Source of the DNA: a virus
Virus record (IMG/VR): IMGVR_UViG_3300043465_002420
DNA length: 64,000 bases
Strand: one strand, 5' to 3'
In this document: piece by piece, positions 19,331 through 29,806 of the stretch
How the letters are laid out: each line of letters opens with the position of its first letter
Position numbering within the stretch: position 1 is the stretch's first letter
Notes under the pieces: model-generated
The model's database searches: none
Told to the model about the DNA's origin: nothing
The model's input: the letters and a program-made list of their open reading frames with translations, nothing else
Position numbers and translations under genes: made by a program

Positions 19331-19810
19331 ATGTACAAAATATTAGTAATGCAAAAACCAGCAGCAAGAGACAGAATTGGAATAATCAGAAAATGGCTTG
19401 AAGAAAATACAAACGGAATAATTGCAGAAAAAGATGTTTTAATAGATGATCGAATCATAAGAGAACATTATAAAGAACATGCAGATAAAGACTTTTATCC
19501 GACAATGATACAATATTATGTCGGAAAAACAGTAAAAGTGTGGATAGTAGAAGTGGAAAATATAGCAGATTTAAAAGCAGCAATTGGACATCCAAAAGCA
19601 AAAGATGGATTTCGCAAAGAATTAATGGGAGATAGAATAAAAGAAGTAATAGAAAAATTTGGAGTAATGGACAATGGAATTCATGCTTCTGATTCTGAAG
19701 AAAGTGGGAAAAGGGAAATTAGCTTGTGGTTTGGAAATTCTTATTTGTCTCCATCGTCTTCAAATGAACTTCCACATTTTAAAGAATGGCTTAAAAATAG
19801 ATGTTCCTAA
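19331..19810 (+). CDS. ndk: Nucleoside diphosphate kinase (divergent, with C-terminal extension)
   Basis: MQKP, EHYKEHADKDFY, NGIHASDS (catalytic His), REISLWF. Confidence 0.85.
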   Translation: MYKILVMQKPAARDRIGIIRKWLEENTNGIIAEKDVLIDDRIIREHYKEHADKDFYPTMIQYYVGKTVKVWIVEVENIADLKAAIGHPKAKDGFRKELMGDRIKEVIEKFGVMDNGIHASDSEESGKREISLWFGNSYLSPSSSNELPHFKEWLKNRCS

Positions 19811-19865
19811 TATTAAAAGTAACCAATATCTCCCATCACAACATCTGGCAAATTAGGAAACATTT

Positions 19866-20072
19866 TTAAAATTTTATTTTTTTTTTATTCTTCTTTTTTT
19901 CAAGATCATCTACAGTCAATAGGGTTGGAGGTGTTCTAGTTACCATTCCCATGCCTAAAGGTCTTGCAAATTTCGCAACATCAGCAGTAGATGTCATGCC
20001 ACCAGAACCACCTGCTGGAGCAGCAGCAGTTGCTACCTCATTTTGAAACCAATTTTTAAAGTTTAATTTCAT
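19866..20072 (-). CDS. Hypothetical protein with capsid-targeting-like N-terminus
   Basis: MKLNFKNWFQNE start; Lys-rich tail; ATGA overlap. Confidence 0.6.
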   Translation of the reverse strand: MKLNFKNWFQNEVATAAAPAGGSGGMTSTADVAKFARPLGMGMVTRTPPTLLTVDDLEKKKNKKKIKF

Positions 20073-20554
20073 GCCATTCCACCCATTCCACCCATTGCAC
20101 TCATATCATCGCCACCTGCTGGTGCCGCTGGTGGAGTCCATCCGGTTGTTAAAAATTTGATTAAATCGTTTTTTGATAAGTAATACATATTTTGATCTGG
20201 TGAATCTTTTTTGAGTATTCCATCCTTCAAATAACTTCTATTTCCGCCCTTTGTTGGCTTAATTCTTATAGCTGCACCTTTTTCGGTAATTGAATCTGGT
20301 ACTATTTCCCAAGCAGACATTTTATAAGCAACTTCTTTATTTGGGCTTCCTAAAACAAAATGTGATGATATCCAAGGTTCACTAGAAAATATACTTTTTA
20401 AAGATTTCCAATCAATTCCAAATTCATCTTCGAGCGTATCAAAGTAATTACTACCCGCTGGGTCTTCTGATGCAATATCAGTCTCAGACCTCTTTTCTAA
20501 AGTTTGATCTATTTCTTCGAAAAATCTTTTAAAGTTATTGAATAAATAATTCAT
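20069..20554 (-). CDS. Hypothetical protein with GGM-rich tail
   Basis: MNYLFNNFKRFFEE start; ends AAPAGGDDMSAMGGMGGMA. Confidence 0.65.
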   Translation of the reverse strand: MNYLFNNFKRFFEEIDQTLEKRSETDIASEDPAGSNYFDTLEDEFGIDWKSLKSIFSSEPWISSHFVLGSPNKEVAYKMSAWEIVPDSITEKGAAIRIKPTKGGNRSYLKDGILKKDSPDQNMYYLSKNDLIKFLTTGWTPPAAPAGGDDMSAMGGMGGMA

Positions 20555-20574
20555 ACATTATATAGGAAACAAAA

Positions 20575-20946
20575 ATGAAAAACTTCTCAGAAACATATAA
20601 GGAAATACAATTAGCTTGGGATAAGTACCTTGCTCTAGAAGGCAAAGTTAAAGAATTAATCGATGATCACGATTTAATGCTTTTCTTTAAGCACAAAGGA
20701 GATGTTTACGGAACCAACGAAGATGGAAGGCTATCTTATGCCACCATGCTTGACAAAGAAGAAAGCAAAAAGCTAAAAGATGATCTTCGTATCATGGCAA
20801 TAAATCTCACACAAGCAGCAAACGAAGAACCAAGAGAATATATCTTTTCTAATGAAAATATTAAAAATATTAGAAAAAATATAGTCAGTCGTGAAGATGC
20901 AGAAAAAGAAATAAAAGAAAAAATGAAAAATAAAAATGAATTTTAA
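20575..20946 (+). CDS. Hypothetical protein
   Basis: 123-aa ORF; AGGA SD. Confidence 0.65.
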   Translation: MKNFSETYKEIQLAWDKYLALEGKVKELIDDHDLMLFFKHKGDVYGTNEDGRLSYATMLDKEESKKLKDDLRIMAINLTQAANEEPREYIFSNENIKNIRKNIVSREDAEKEIKEKMKNKNEF

Positions 20947-20982
20947 ATTTCATAAAAACGAATTTTTTTACTCGCTTGCGTA

Positions 20983-21861
20983 TTAACTTGCTATATCAGG
21001 AATATCAGTAAGATTAGAAAACTTTTCCAATAAGTCTGGATAAATGGCTAGTGCTTGATTCTTAGCTGTATTCACTACTGGTTCTGGGTGTGTTTTAGAA
21101 AAGAAATTGATTACTTGTTTTGGGTTTTTACCAATTTCATAAAACGCAATTAAATAATTATAAATTTTATCTTCCACATATAATCTATATGTAACTGGTT
21201 TGCTTCTCAAGAATCTATGTACCCAACCAAGTGCTGAATGACAATATACTTTACCGCCATTGTTTCTTACTTTTTCATGGATATAACCTTCTTCTCCAGC
21301 AAACCCCATAAAGTTGTCACTAAACCTTGGAAAAAATTCTTTTTTCATTAAAAACATAGCCGTTCCATGCATTGGAATTTCAAAAACTTCAGGTATTGGC
21401 GATTCAGTTTGCCATATACCAAAAAAATCACCCCGCCATTTTGGCTCCATATGTGTTGCTATACATGATTTATTTTCATTCAAAAGAGGGCCACACCACA
21501 TGTCTTTTTTAATTGAATCTTCGTCTATTCCTTTTAAAATATAATCTATTGCACCATTTTGAAGCATAACATGACTATCCAACAACAACACATAATCACC
21601 ATCTGCGTGTTCAAACACAGAGTTCTTAGCATGTGCTGGTCCTTTGTTTTTTGGACAATGAATATATTTAGAATGAGATAAATTAGCTAAATTTTTAAGA
21701 CCTTCTATTTCCTTGGGAGTATCGTCACATATTAATATTTGAACATCTTTACAGACTTCTTCTCTTCCTAAATGATAAAGCCTTAACGCAGAAGAAGTCC
21801 AAAAACTTCCCTCAAGATCATCGTGACAAGCCCATCCAATGGTCAACTTAATTTTAGACAT
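20983..21861 (-). CDS. GT2-family glycosyltransferase
   Basis: ILICDD, GPAHAKN, VLLLDSH (DxD-like), GFAGEEG. Confidence 0.8.
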   Translation of the reverse strand: MSKIKLTIGWACHDDLEGSFWTSSALRLYHLGREEVCKDVQILICDDTPKEIEGLKNLANLSHSKYIHCPKNKGPAHAKNSVFEHADGDYVLLLDSHVMLQNGAIDYILKGIDEDSIKKDMWCGPLLNENKSCIATHMEPKWRGDFFGIWQTESPIPEVFEIPMHGTAMFLMKKEFFPRFSDNFMGFAGEEGYIHEKVRNNGGKVYCHSALGWVHRFLRSKPVTYRLYVEDKIYNYLIAFYEIGKNPKQVINFFSKTHPEPVVNTAKNQALAIYPDLLEKFSNLTDIPDIAS

Positions 21862-21933
21862 AATTTTATTTATCTGTTAGTCAAACTTTATTGAAAATAT
21901 AATAGAATGATATTATTTTTTCTATATTAACTT

Positions 21934-22815
21934 GTGGAAAAAATAGCACTAATAAGACCGGGAGCCATCGGTGATATAATGATGGCTCTAAATTTTGTTC
22001 AAGAATTAAAAAGAAAAAAAGAAGTCACTTTTTTCTGTAGTTCTGGTATTCATTCGATTTTGCATAATTTCATAGCAAACAATAAAATCGTAAGTTTTCG
22101 ATCATTAGAACAATACAAACAAGAAGACTTCGACAAAACCATTCATCTTATTGGATATCCATTAAACGAAGGATATCCATATAAAAAAATGAATCGACAT
22201 TTGCTTGAATACTTTGCAAGCGAAATGGAAACTAACTTTTCATTTGATCAATTTACATTGACCCTGCCAAAGTTTCCAAAAAAAATAAAGAACAGAAATA
22301 CTCCTAGATATATAACTTTTCAAAATAAGACTGGTTGGTCTACTTACAAAGAATGGTGGGGATGGCAAGAACTCATAAATCTTATAAAAGAAAAAAATCC
22401 AAATATCGAAATATATCAAATAGGTGGAAAAAATGATCCACAAATAGAAAATACAGATGGTAGCTTTTGTGGAGATTCCTTCGAAGACAATATAGCAGCA
22501 CAAGCATGGGCAAATACCCACATTGGATTAGATTCAGTCTTTAATCATACAACCAATATAAATTGGCTCAACAAGGGAAAAACAAAAGGCATTATACTTT
22601 TTGGTTCCACACAAGCAGATGCAAGTGGATATCCACACAATGACAACATATCATTAGGATTATCTTGCCAACCATGTTTCAAAGAAGATCCAAAAATCAG
22701 CAGAGTTCCATTGGGATTATGTGACAATCCTCCAAATCAAACTTACGAAAATCCACAACATGCTTGCATGAAAGGCATAACACCAGAAATGGTTTTTGAG
22801 AAAATTAAATTATGA
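21934..22815 (+). CDS. GT9-like (heptosyltransferase) glycosyltransferase
   Basis: RPGAIGDIMM, HIGLDSVFNH, ILFGST, C-terminal CQPC...C...HACMKGITPEMV; GTG start. Confidence 0.75.
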   Translation: MEKIALIRPGAIGDIMMALNFVQELKRKKEVTFFCSSGIHSILHNFIANNKIVSFRSLEQYKQEDFDKTIHLIGYPLNEGYPYKKMNRHLLEYFASEMETNFSFDQFTLTLPKFPKKIKNRNTPRYITFQNKTGWSTYKEWWGWQELINLIKEKNPNIEIYQIGGKNDPQIENTDGSFCGDSFEDNIAAQAWANTHIGLDSVFNHTTNINWLNKGKTKGIILFGSTQADASGYPHNDNISLGLSCQPCFKEDPKISRVPLGLCDNPPNQTYENPQHACMKGITPEMVFEKIKL

Positions 22816-23438
22816 ATAAAACACTCTCGGATATTTATAAAAACTTTGATTACGAAAATAATAAAATAAAATCCATAGAAGAAATTGAAGTGACAAACTA
22901 CAAAGGAATTCAATGTGGCCAAGCAAATGGCTTTCATCATTTGTTAAATATACTTTTTTTAAAACAATCATTTAAAAATGTAATCGAATTGGGAACCCAA
23001 AAAGGTGGTACTAGTTTATTTTTAAAAGATTTAATGAGTTTATATGGAGGAAACAACTTTGTAACATTCGATAGAAATAAATGTGATTTAGATGTAAACC
23101 AAGTGGTAGGAAATATCTTAAAAGATCAAGAAATAATTAATTTGATAAAAACTAATATTCAAAAAGAAGGCAAGACGCTGCTTTTTTGTGATGGTGGAGA
23201 TAAAAAATGTGAATTCAACACTTTTTCTCCTTTTTTGAAAGATGGAGATTTTATCATGTTGCATGATTATGCACATGATAAAGAATTTTTCAATAAAGAA
23301 ATAAATGGAAAATTTTGGTTTTGGCACGAAGTTGAATTTTCTGATATTAAAGAATCGGTCGAAAAATATAACTTGATATCTTACAACACGGCACAAATGT
23401 CGACCTTTGTTTATGGTTGTTTTTTTAAAAAAGGTTAA
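22812..23438 (+). CDS. Class I SAM methyltransferase (CmcI/Methyltransf_24-like)
   Basis: VIELGTQKGGTS, LLFCDGGDK, GDFIMLHD. Confidence 0.7.
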   Translation: MNKTLSDIYKNFDYENNKIKSIEEIEVTNYKGIQCGQANGFHHLLNILFLKQSFKNVIELGTQKGGTSLFLKDLMSLYGGNNFVTFDRNKCDLDVNQVVGNILKDQEIINLIKTNIQKEGKTLLFCDGGDKKCEFNTFSPFLKDGDFIMLHDYAHDKEFFNKEINGKFWFWHEVEFSDIKESVEKYNLISYNTAQMSTFVYGCFFKKG

Positions 23439-23454
23439 AACAAATAAAAATTAA

Positions 23455-26400
23455 ATGAGAATATTACTTACGAGATATGGCGGAATTGGAGATCTAATAT
23501 ACATAGAACCTGTTATTAGAGCCATTAAAGAAAAATATAATCCGACAGAAATAATTTTCAGAACTCACAAAGATTATAATTGCGGTGAAGTTACAGTTCA
23601 GCCAAAAGAAGTATTAAAAGAAAACCCTTTTATTTCTGCAATTGTTTTTGACGACAAATATTATGGATTAGGCATTGAAACATATGGATTGTGTGTCGAG
23701 AATTTAGTTCCAAAAAACTTGGAAAAATGGGGTTCAGTAAATCCTTATTTTGATATGCACATTAATTTTCAAACAGAAATTGAAAAAAATATAGACAACC
23801 CAGATTTACATGCAATTGATGTGTTTGCAAACGCAGCAAATGTAAAAGTTAAAGACAGAATACCAAAAATTTATTATGATCAAAAAATAGTTCCAAAATA
23901 CGAACTTGTTGTGCAACTTAAAAGTGCAGAAGAAGATCGTGATTTAAGTAAAAACAATGATCTTATAGAAATGATTTCGAAAAGCAATTTGACAAAAATT
24001 TTTCTAGGAGAGCAAAGTTTAAACTATCATGAATTTGTTAGCATTATTGCTAACTGCGAAATATTCGTAGGAACAGAAAGCTGTGGTACTTTAATAGCCA
24101 CCGGACTGAATAAAAAAGTAATTACTATTTTTAAAAATAAAATAAGAATTAAAAATCGTTCTTACGAAAATGCGATGAATATAACTCAAGATGAAATTGT
24201 TAAGTTCAAATCAGAAATTCTAAATTACATAACAAAGGATGAAAAAATGAATGAAACTTCTAAATGTCTAGAATCAAGAAAAAAATCAGGTTATTTTGAT
24301 TTGTACCTTAAAGGAAAAGGAATAGACATTGGCTGTGGTAAAGACAAATTAATTGTCGAACAAGGATCTGTTGACGCTTGGGATTTAAGCAATGGCGATG
24401 CAATGTTAATGGAATGCATTGCAAATGAAACTTATGATTTTGTTTATTCTTCACATTGCTTAGAACATTTAAAAGATGTGGAAATAAGTCTTTTCAATTG
24501 GTCTAGAATACTTAAAAAAGATGGATATCTTTACTTCGTAGTTCCAGAATATGTTCTTTACGAAAGAATGACATTTCCATCTCTTTTCAATAAAGATCAC
24601 AAACAAACATTTTCATATTACATTACAAAAGAACAAGTAAAAAGAAACAACCATTACCATTACACAGATATAATTAAAATAATCGAAAATCTAAACATGG
24701 AAGTGGAAATTTCAAAACTCGAAGACGACAACTACGATTACAGCAAAGGAACTGCTGGCGATCAAACATTTTTAGATAATGCATTATCGCAGATTTTATT
24801 TGTTGCAAAGAAAAAAGAAAAAACTCCTGTAAGCCAAATGGGAGCAGATGATTGGGTTTTAAGTCACTACAAAAAAGGATATTTTGTCGATGCTGGATGT
24901 TGCGATGGTGAAGATATAAGTAATACTTACAAACTTGAAAAATTAGGATGGAATGGTTTATGCATAGATGTGATTCCAAAAAACTTTGATAGAAGACCAA
25001 AATCTAAAGTCATTGAAGCTGCATTACATGGAATAAAAGATTTGGAACTTGAATTTACGATATCAAAATCACCAGAAATAAGTGGCATAACTGATTATCT
25101 TGGGAAACAAGGAACGGCAGCTTATACTGGATGGAAACCATATGTAGACAAAACCATTAAAGTAAAGACGCAATTACTTCATGAAATATTAGATGCCAAT
25201 AACGCACCTAATTTTATCGAATACTTAAACATAGACATTGAGGGAGTGGAACTAGAGGTCTTAAAAACCTTTCCATTTGAAAAATATAAATTTGGATGCA
25301 TTTCTTTAGAACACAATTATGATGAGCCAAAACGAACACACATTAAAAATTTACTAAAAAATAAAGGTTACAATTACATAAAACAAGAAAAAGCAGACGA
25401 TTGGTTTGTATTAGACGAAAACAATACAAAAGTAAAAACAATTGGTTTGTGCATGATTGTTAAAAACGAATCAAAAATTATAGAAAGATGCTTGGATAGC
25501 GTCAAACCAATAATAGACTATGTTTGCATTGTAGATACTGGATCGACAGATGATACAATCGAAACTATCAATTCTTGGCTCGTTAAAAACAACATATCTG
25601 GAGAAGTTATATCAGAACCTTGGAAAAATTTCGCACACAATAGAAGTTTTGCCTTAGCCAAACTTCGTGAAAGAAAAAATATTGATTACGCACTGATGAT
25701 TGATGCCGATGAAGTTTTAAGATACGAAGATGGAATCGATATCGCTAAAGAAAAACAGAATATGAGCCATGATCTTTATCATGTAAATTGTAAATTTGGA
25801 AACATAGAGTACGCAAGAACATCTATAACAAAAAATAATATGCCCTATTATTACAAAGGTGTAGTTCATGAATTTCTTGAATGCCACGATCCAATTAAAA
25901 CCAGAGATTTTTTAAAAGGAGTTCACAATGTGCCATTACAAGATTCTGCAAGGAATGAAAGTAATCAAAAATTTCAAAATGATATCAAACTTCTAGAAGA
26001 TGAACTTAAAATAGAAGCCGATAAATTTATGATTTCAAGATATACATTTTATCTTGCCCAATCATATAGAGATTGCGAAGAAAAAGAAAAAGCAATTTAT
26101 TGGTACAACGAAAGATCAAAACAAGGATTTTGGAATCAAGAAGTTTATATTTCATTGTATCAAGTCGCCAAACTTAAAGAACAACTTGAATATCCCGGAG
26201 ACGACATAGTTCAAAGCTACATGAGAGCATATGAAGTATGTCCAGAAAGAATTGAAGCATTACATGGTGCGATCAACTACTGTAGAAGAAATGGCAGAAA
26301 TCACCAAGCATTCATGATGGCTACATACGCAAGATCAATCCCTGTAAATAAAACAGGTCTATTTTCAGAAAACTGGATATGGAACTATGGCATTGATGAC

Positions 26401-26544
26401 GAATACAGCATCATATCTTATTGGACTGGTCATATAAAAGAAGGAATTGCTGTAACTGAAAATCTTTTAAATAAAATTCCAGAGTCTCAAAAACCAAGAG
26501 TGTTGAAAAACATGGAATATCTTAAAGGAAAATTGACAAACTAA
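23455..26544 (+). CDS. Five-domain fusion: GT9-like + methyltransferase + FkbM methyltransferase + GT2 + TPR
   Basis: RYGGIGDL; KGIDIGCG...YSSHCLEH; SQMGADDW...FVDAGC...LNIDIEGVE; LCMIVKNE...VDTGSTD...MIDADE...VVHE; RYTFYLAQSYRD TPR-like helices. Confidence 0.85.
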   Translation: MRILLTRYGGIGDLIYIEPVIRAIKEKYNPTEIIFRTHKDYNCGEVTVQPKEVLKENPFISAIVFDDKYYGLGIETYGLCVENLVPKNLEKWGSVNPYFDMHINFQTEIEKNIDNPDLHAIDVFANAANVKVKDRIPKIYYDQKIVPKYELVVQLKSAEEDRDLSKNNDLIEMISKSNLTKIFLGEQSLNYHEFVSIIANCEIFVGTESCGTLIATGLNKKVITIFKNKIRIKNRSYENAMNITQDEIVKFKSEILNYITKDEKMNETSKCLESRKKSGYFDLYLKGKGIDIGCGKDKLIVEQGSVDAWDLSNGDAMLMECIANETYDFVYSSHCLEHLKDVEISLFNWSRILKKDGYLYFVVPEYVLYERMTFPSLFNKDHKQTFSYYITKEQVKRNNHYHYTDIIKIIENLNMEVEISKLEDDNYDYSKGTAGDQTFLDNALSQILFVAKKKEKTPVSQMGADDWVLSHYKKGYFVDAGCCDGEDISNTYKLEKLGWNGLCIDVIPKNFDRRPKSKVIEAALHGIKDLELEFTISKSPEISGITDYLGKQGTAAYTGWKPYVDKTIKVKTQLLHEILDANNAPNFIEYLNIDIEGVELEVLKTFPFEKYKFGCISLEHNYDEPKRTHIKNLLKNKGYNYIKQEKADDWFVLDENNTKVKTIGLCMIVKNESKIIERCLDSVKPIIDYVCIVDTGSTDDTIETINSWLVKNNISGEVISEPWKNFAHNRSFALAKLRERKNIDYALMIDADEVLRYEDGIDIAKEKQNMSHDLYHVNCKFGNIEYARTSITKNNMPYYYKGVVHEFLECHDPIKTRDFLKGVHNVPLQDSARNESNQKFQNDIKLLEDELKIEADKFMISRYTFYLAQSYRDCEEKEKAIYWYNERSKQGFWNQEVYISLYQVAKLKEQLEYPGDDIVQSYMRAYEVCPERIEALHGAINYCRRNGRNHQAFMMATYARSIPVNKTGLFSENWIWNYGIDDEYSIISYWTGHIKEGIAVTENLLNKIPESQKPRVLKNMEYLKGKLTN

Positions 26545-27332
26545 ACAATGTTGAAATTGTCATAATGTCTAGACAAGTACTCTCCCAAAATTTCTTTAGG
26601 ATCTGTACTTGTCTTTTCTAATTTGCTTCTAATTGCATGAAGATTATCTAAACCCCATGCCTTATCTTTAGTCTCTGCACAAACATTATCAATTTTATTG
26701 AAGTCGTAATTTTTATATTCATCTAAACCAATAAATTCATATATCTTTTTCATTGTTTCGATTGGGCTTTTTACCAAATCATCATATTTAACTAAATGCA
26801 AACATTCTGGATGATTTTTTATTCCATGAATAGTGCTTTGATATGGATCAGAAATATATTCTTCCCATAATACCTTTGCTCTGTTTTCTGTGCTAATGTG
26901 TAGTCTTTTACTTCTTAATGTGTTATCAACAAAATTATCTTCTTGCTTGTTGTTTATGATCAATTTTATATACGATGTTATGACTTCACTAATTGGTCTA
27001 ACAGTACAAATTATCTTTGGGCTAGAACTTACAAACATTTTTGCTGGGATTATGTTTCTTGGCCAACCTCTGTGCTTATCAAATACTATGTCCGTTTTAA
27101 ATTGATTGTAATAGGAATCAATTATAGCTCCATAAACACCATTAGATACGCTTTCTGCATCAAAAGTGTAGTTAGAGTTTAATTTAGAAAATGCTTCGTT
27201 ATTTAAGCATAATAAGTCCAGCAAAGGACTTGTTGGTGTAACTGTTATTTTTGAATTTTGACCTAAAATAGAACCAAGTAGAGTTGAACCACTTCTTGGT
27301 AATCCACTAAGGAAAAATATAGATTTTTTCAT
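26541..27332 (-). CDS. Sulfotransferase family protein
   Basis: LSGLPRSGSTLL (5'-PSB loop), VRPISEVITS, VKYDDLV. Confidence 0.8.
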   Translation of the reverse strand: MKKSIFFLSGLPRSGSTLLGSILGQNSKITVTPTSPLLDLLCLNNEAFSKLNSNYTFDAESVSNGVYGAIIDSYYNQFKTDIVFDKHRGWPRNIIPAKMFVSSSPKIICTVRPISEVITSYIKLIINNKQEDNFVDNTLRSKRLHISTENRAKVLWEEYISDPYQSTIHGIKNHPECLHLVKYDDLVKSPIETMKKIYEFIGLDEYKNYDFNKIDNVCAETKDKAWGLDNLHAIRSKLEKTSTDPKEILGEYLSRHYDNFNIV

Positions 27333-27781
27333 GTTTTCACCATGTAAACTGCATTCGAACCATAATAATCAATCGTTTTCTGACTTTGAAATCCAAACTT
27401 ATTCCAAAAGTTTTCAGATTCAAGAACAGACATAAGAACTTTTGGACTTGATTTTATTCTTAAAACCTGATCAACCAAAGCAAGTCCATAACCCTTACCA
27501 CGATGTGTTTTTTCTACACAAAGATCATGAATGTAATGACAGTCGGGATCTTCAATTTTTTTATAATTCTCGTTTATTGGGTAATATTCCCACAAAATAT
27601 AAGGAAACGAAATGATATATCCTACTATTTCCTTATTGATCTCACAAACAAAACACCCTTCTGGATGTCCTAATATTTTAGAACGAAAAGATTCACTTCC
27701 CTCATAGTAATTATCAGGATAACTACTTGTTCCAATGTGATCAATAAAATCAAAGTCTTCTGGTTTTGCGTGTCTAATCAT
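27329..27781 (-). CDS. GNAT acetyltransferase
   Basis: YIHDLCVEKTHRGKGYG acetyl-CoA motif, FWNKFGF. Confidence 0.85.
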   Translation of the reverse strand: MIRHAKPEDFDFIDHIGTSSYPDNYYEGSESFRSKILGHPEGCFVCEINKEIVGYIISFPYILWEYYPINENYKKIEDPDCHYIHDLCVEKTHRGKGYGLALVDQVLRIKSSPKVLMSVLESENFWNKFGFQSQKTIDYYGSNAVYMVKT

Positions 27782-27896
27782 GAATTCATCATAGTAATTT
27801 GGTCAGAAAACCCTACTTTTGTCCACAAAAAATTTTTTAAAATTAATATATATAAAAGCGACAAAAAATTTATAAAAAAAAAAAAAAGGAGTTGTC

Positions 27897-28757
27897 ATGG
27901 CAGATTTTAATGTAGATTTAAGCCCAAATTTAGTCAATTTGGGAACCGAAGGGAGCTTGGACACTAGCGTTCAAAATGGCAACTCTCTTCAGAGAAAATT
28001 GACTGGTGTAATGGTTGAATTTTGTGGCAATCAAAAAATAATTGGTCGCATTGACGATGGAGGACAGTTCAACGAAACTATCGAGAGAGTAAAAGACTAT
28101 GCGGGAATTACCAAGACCATTGGTGATAATTACATATTCGTAAACAACAACTTTGTTGACTACTATGAAGAGAGTACTAATACTTCCGATGAAGCAAACA
28201 ATTTGATTGCCATGTTTGATGAATCTGGAGTTGTATATAAAAAATTCACGGACATTGATGGCAGAACATTTTCATCTCTTGACAACATGGATAAGCTCAT
28301 TATTCCAGAACTAGATGCAGACGATCTCCTTCCATCGTTGACCTCTGATGCTAAAAATGCAATCACCGATTTTGTCGATGGTGGCGGAATTCTTATCATG
28401 TTTGAGCCAGATAGTGGCGATGTAATAGATGTCTTGAATGAACTATTCGGATGGTCACTTGACACAAATGGAGTATCTGAGCCTATTGATATTACTGAGG
28501 CTGGAGCCATTCTTTTCCCAAATGAAAGTGCTACCCTTCCTGATTTAAGTGCTACTGATTCACTCGACACAACTACCCTTCCAGTTAATTCTGTCAGCAT
28601 CTATACTGGTGATGGTTCCAATCAAACAGTTGTAGCCAAGATGCCATATGGCGATGGCTTTGTTTATGTTCTTGGATGGGATTGGTATGACGCACAGCCT
28701 GTTGGCGTAGAAGATGGTGGCTGGAATCACCTTCTGAGATCTATTTTAAATTCTTAA
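27897..28757 (+). CDS. Hypothetical acidic protein, possible class-I-GATase-like fold in C-half
   Basis: SD AAGGAG; FVDGGGILIMF and YGDGFVYVLGWDW resemble DUF4350/ThuA-type strands. Confidence 0.55.
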   Translation: MADFNVDLSPNLVNLGTEGSLDTSVQNGNSLQRKLTGVMVEFCGNQKIIGRIDDGGQFNETIERVKDYAGITKTIGDNYIFVNNNFVDYYEESTNTSDEANNLIAMFDESGVVYKKFTDIDGRTFSSLDNMDKLIIPELDADDLLPSLTSDAKNAITDFVDGGGILIMFEPDSGDVIDVLNELFGWSLDTNGVSEPIDITEAGAILFPNESATLPDLSATDSLDTTTLPVNSVSIYTGDGSNQTVVAKMPYGDGFVYVLGWDWYDAQPVGVEDGGWNHLLRSILNS

Positions 28758-28772
28758 TTCAAGGAGAAAACA

Positions 28773-28949
28773 ATGTTTACACTAGATGTACCAACCAGCA
28801 AGGTTGATCAATTTGATGTTCTTTTAGACAATATCAATGTCACTTACAGAATATTCGGTAAGAACGAAGACGGATCTATCACAAAGCTCAGTTTCAAGAA
28901 ACAAGCCTTGCTTGACAAGGCTACTGAAGAACTGAAAAAACTTTCTTAA
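28773..28949 (+). CDS. 58-aa hypothetical protein (not in ORF track)
   Basis: SD AAGGAG, MFTLDVPTSKVDQFDVLL...; followed by a terminator. Confidence 0.6.
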   Translation: MFTLDVPTSKVDQFDVLLDNINVTYRIFGKNEDGSITKLSFKKQALLDKATEELKKLS

Positions 28950-28958
28950 TCAATTATC

Positions 28959-28995
28959 AAAAGTCTTGGGTGTCTATTGGCATCCGAGACTTTTT
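28959..28995 (+). terminator. Rho-independent terminator between convergent genes
   Basis: AAAAGTCTTGGGTGTC-TATT-GGCATCCGAGACTTTTT, stem with G-U pairs plus T tract. Confidence 0.75.
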
Positions 28996-29005
28996 CATGT
29001 TTTTA

Positions 29006-29785
29006 TCATAGTGCTTTCGATGGATTCTTGCTATATCTCTCACACTGATTGATAACTTCGCACAAATATCGTTCATTATTGAAAAGCGATCTGTATGCAT
29101 CAGAACAACCACTTACGAATCTATCGTGTGTTTCGCAATGTACAACATCCACTTTTTCTGACCAATCTTCGCAGATGCCTTTTTCAAACAATATTTTTTC
29201 AGATCCCTCAATATCAATCTTTAAAAAGTCGATAACATCAAGACCATAATCTTTTATAATATCATTCATCGAAATTCCCAAAATATTTCCATCTTTATTT
29301 TCCTTTACAATTGTTCCCCAATCACCACCAATTTTTTCATCTATGGACAACATGCACTTTTTGTTCCAAATTCCAGCGTTCACACATTTGATGTTTTTGT
29401 ACGGCATTGTGTTTAAAAGCAACATGCGATAATTTTCTGGATCGGGTTCAATTGATATTATCAACTCTGATTGATATTTCATCGCAAAATAAACAGCTAC
29501 ATAGCCAACATAAGCACCTAGATCGACAACATTTCTTAGTGGTTTAATTAAGCCTTCGTATTCTTTCTCTTCGAATACTTGTAAAAAATTGTATATGTCA
29601 GTCGTAGCTTTTCTTACATATAAAGGATATTTAAAACCTTCTGGAATAATTGGAATTAATGAATCATAACGATCACCAGACTCGCAATATTTTATCAAAC
29701 TTGCAGTGTTTTGCTCTGTAATATCACATTGATGTATGGGATTCATAAATTTATGATAGTTTGTTTCATATATATTGATATGCAA
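29006..29785 (-). CDS. FkbM-family methyltransferase
   Basis: VDLGAYVG, SIEPDPEN, LKIDIEGSE. Confidence 0.85.
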   Translation of the reverse strand: MHINIYETNYHKFMNPIHQCDITEQNTASLIKYCESGDRYDSLIPIIPEGFKYPLYVRKATTDIYNFLQVFEEKEYEGLIKPLRNVVDLGAYVGYVAVYFAMKYQSELIISIEPDPENYRMLLLNTMPYKNIKCVNAGIWNKKCMLSIDEKIGGDWGTIVKENKDGNILGISMNDIIKDYGLDVIDFLKIDIEGSEKILFEKGICEDWSEKVDVVHCETHDRFVSGCSDAYRSLFNNERYLCEVINQCERYSKNPSKAL

Positions 29786-29806
29786 AACTTATAGGGAAAA
29801 ATTGTC

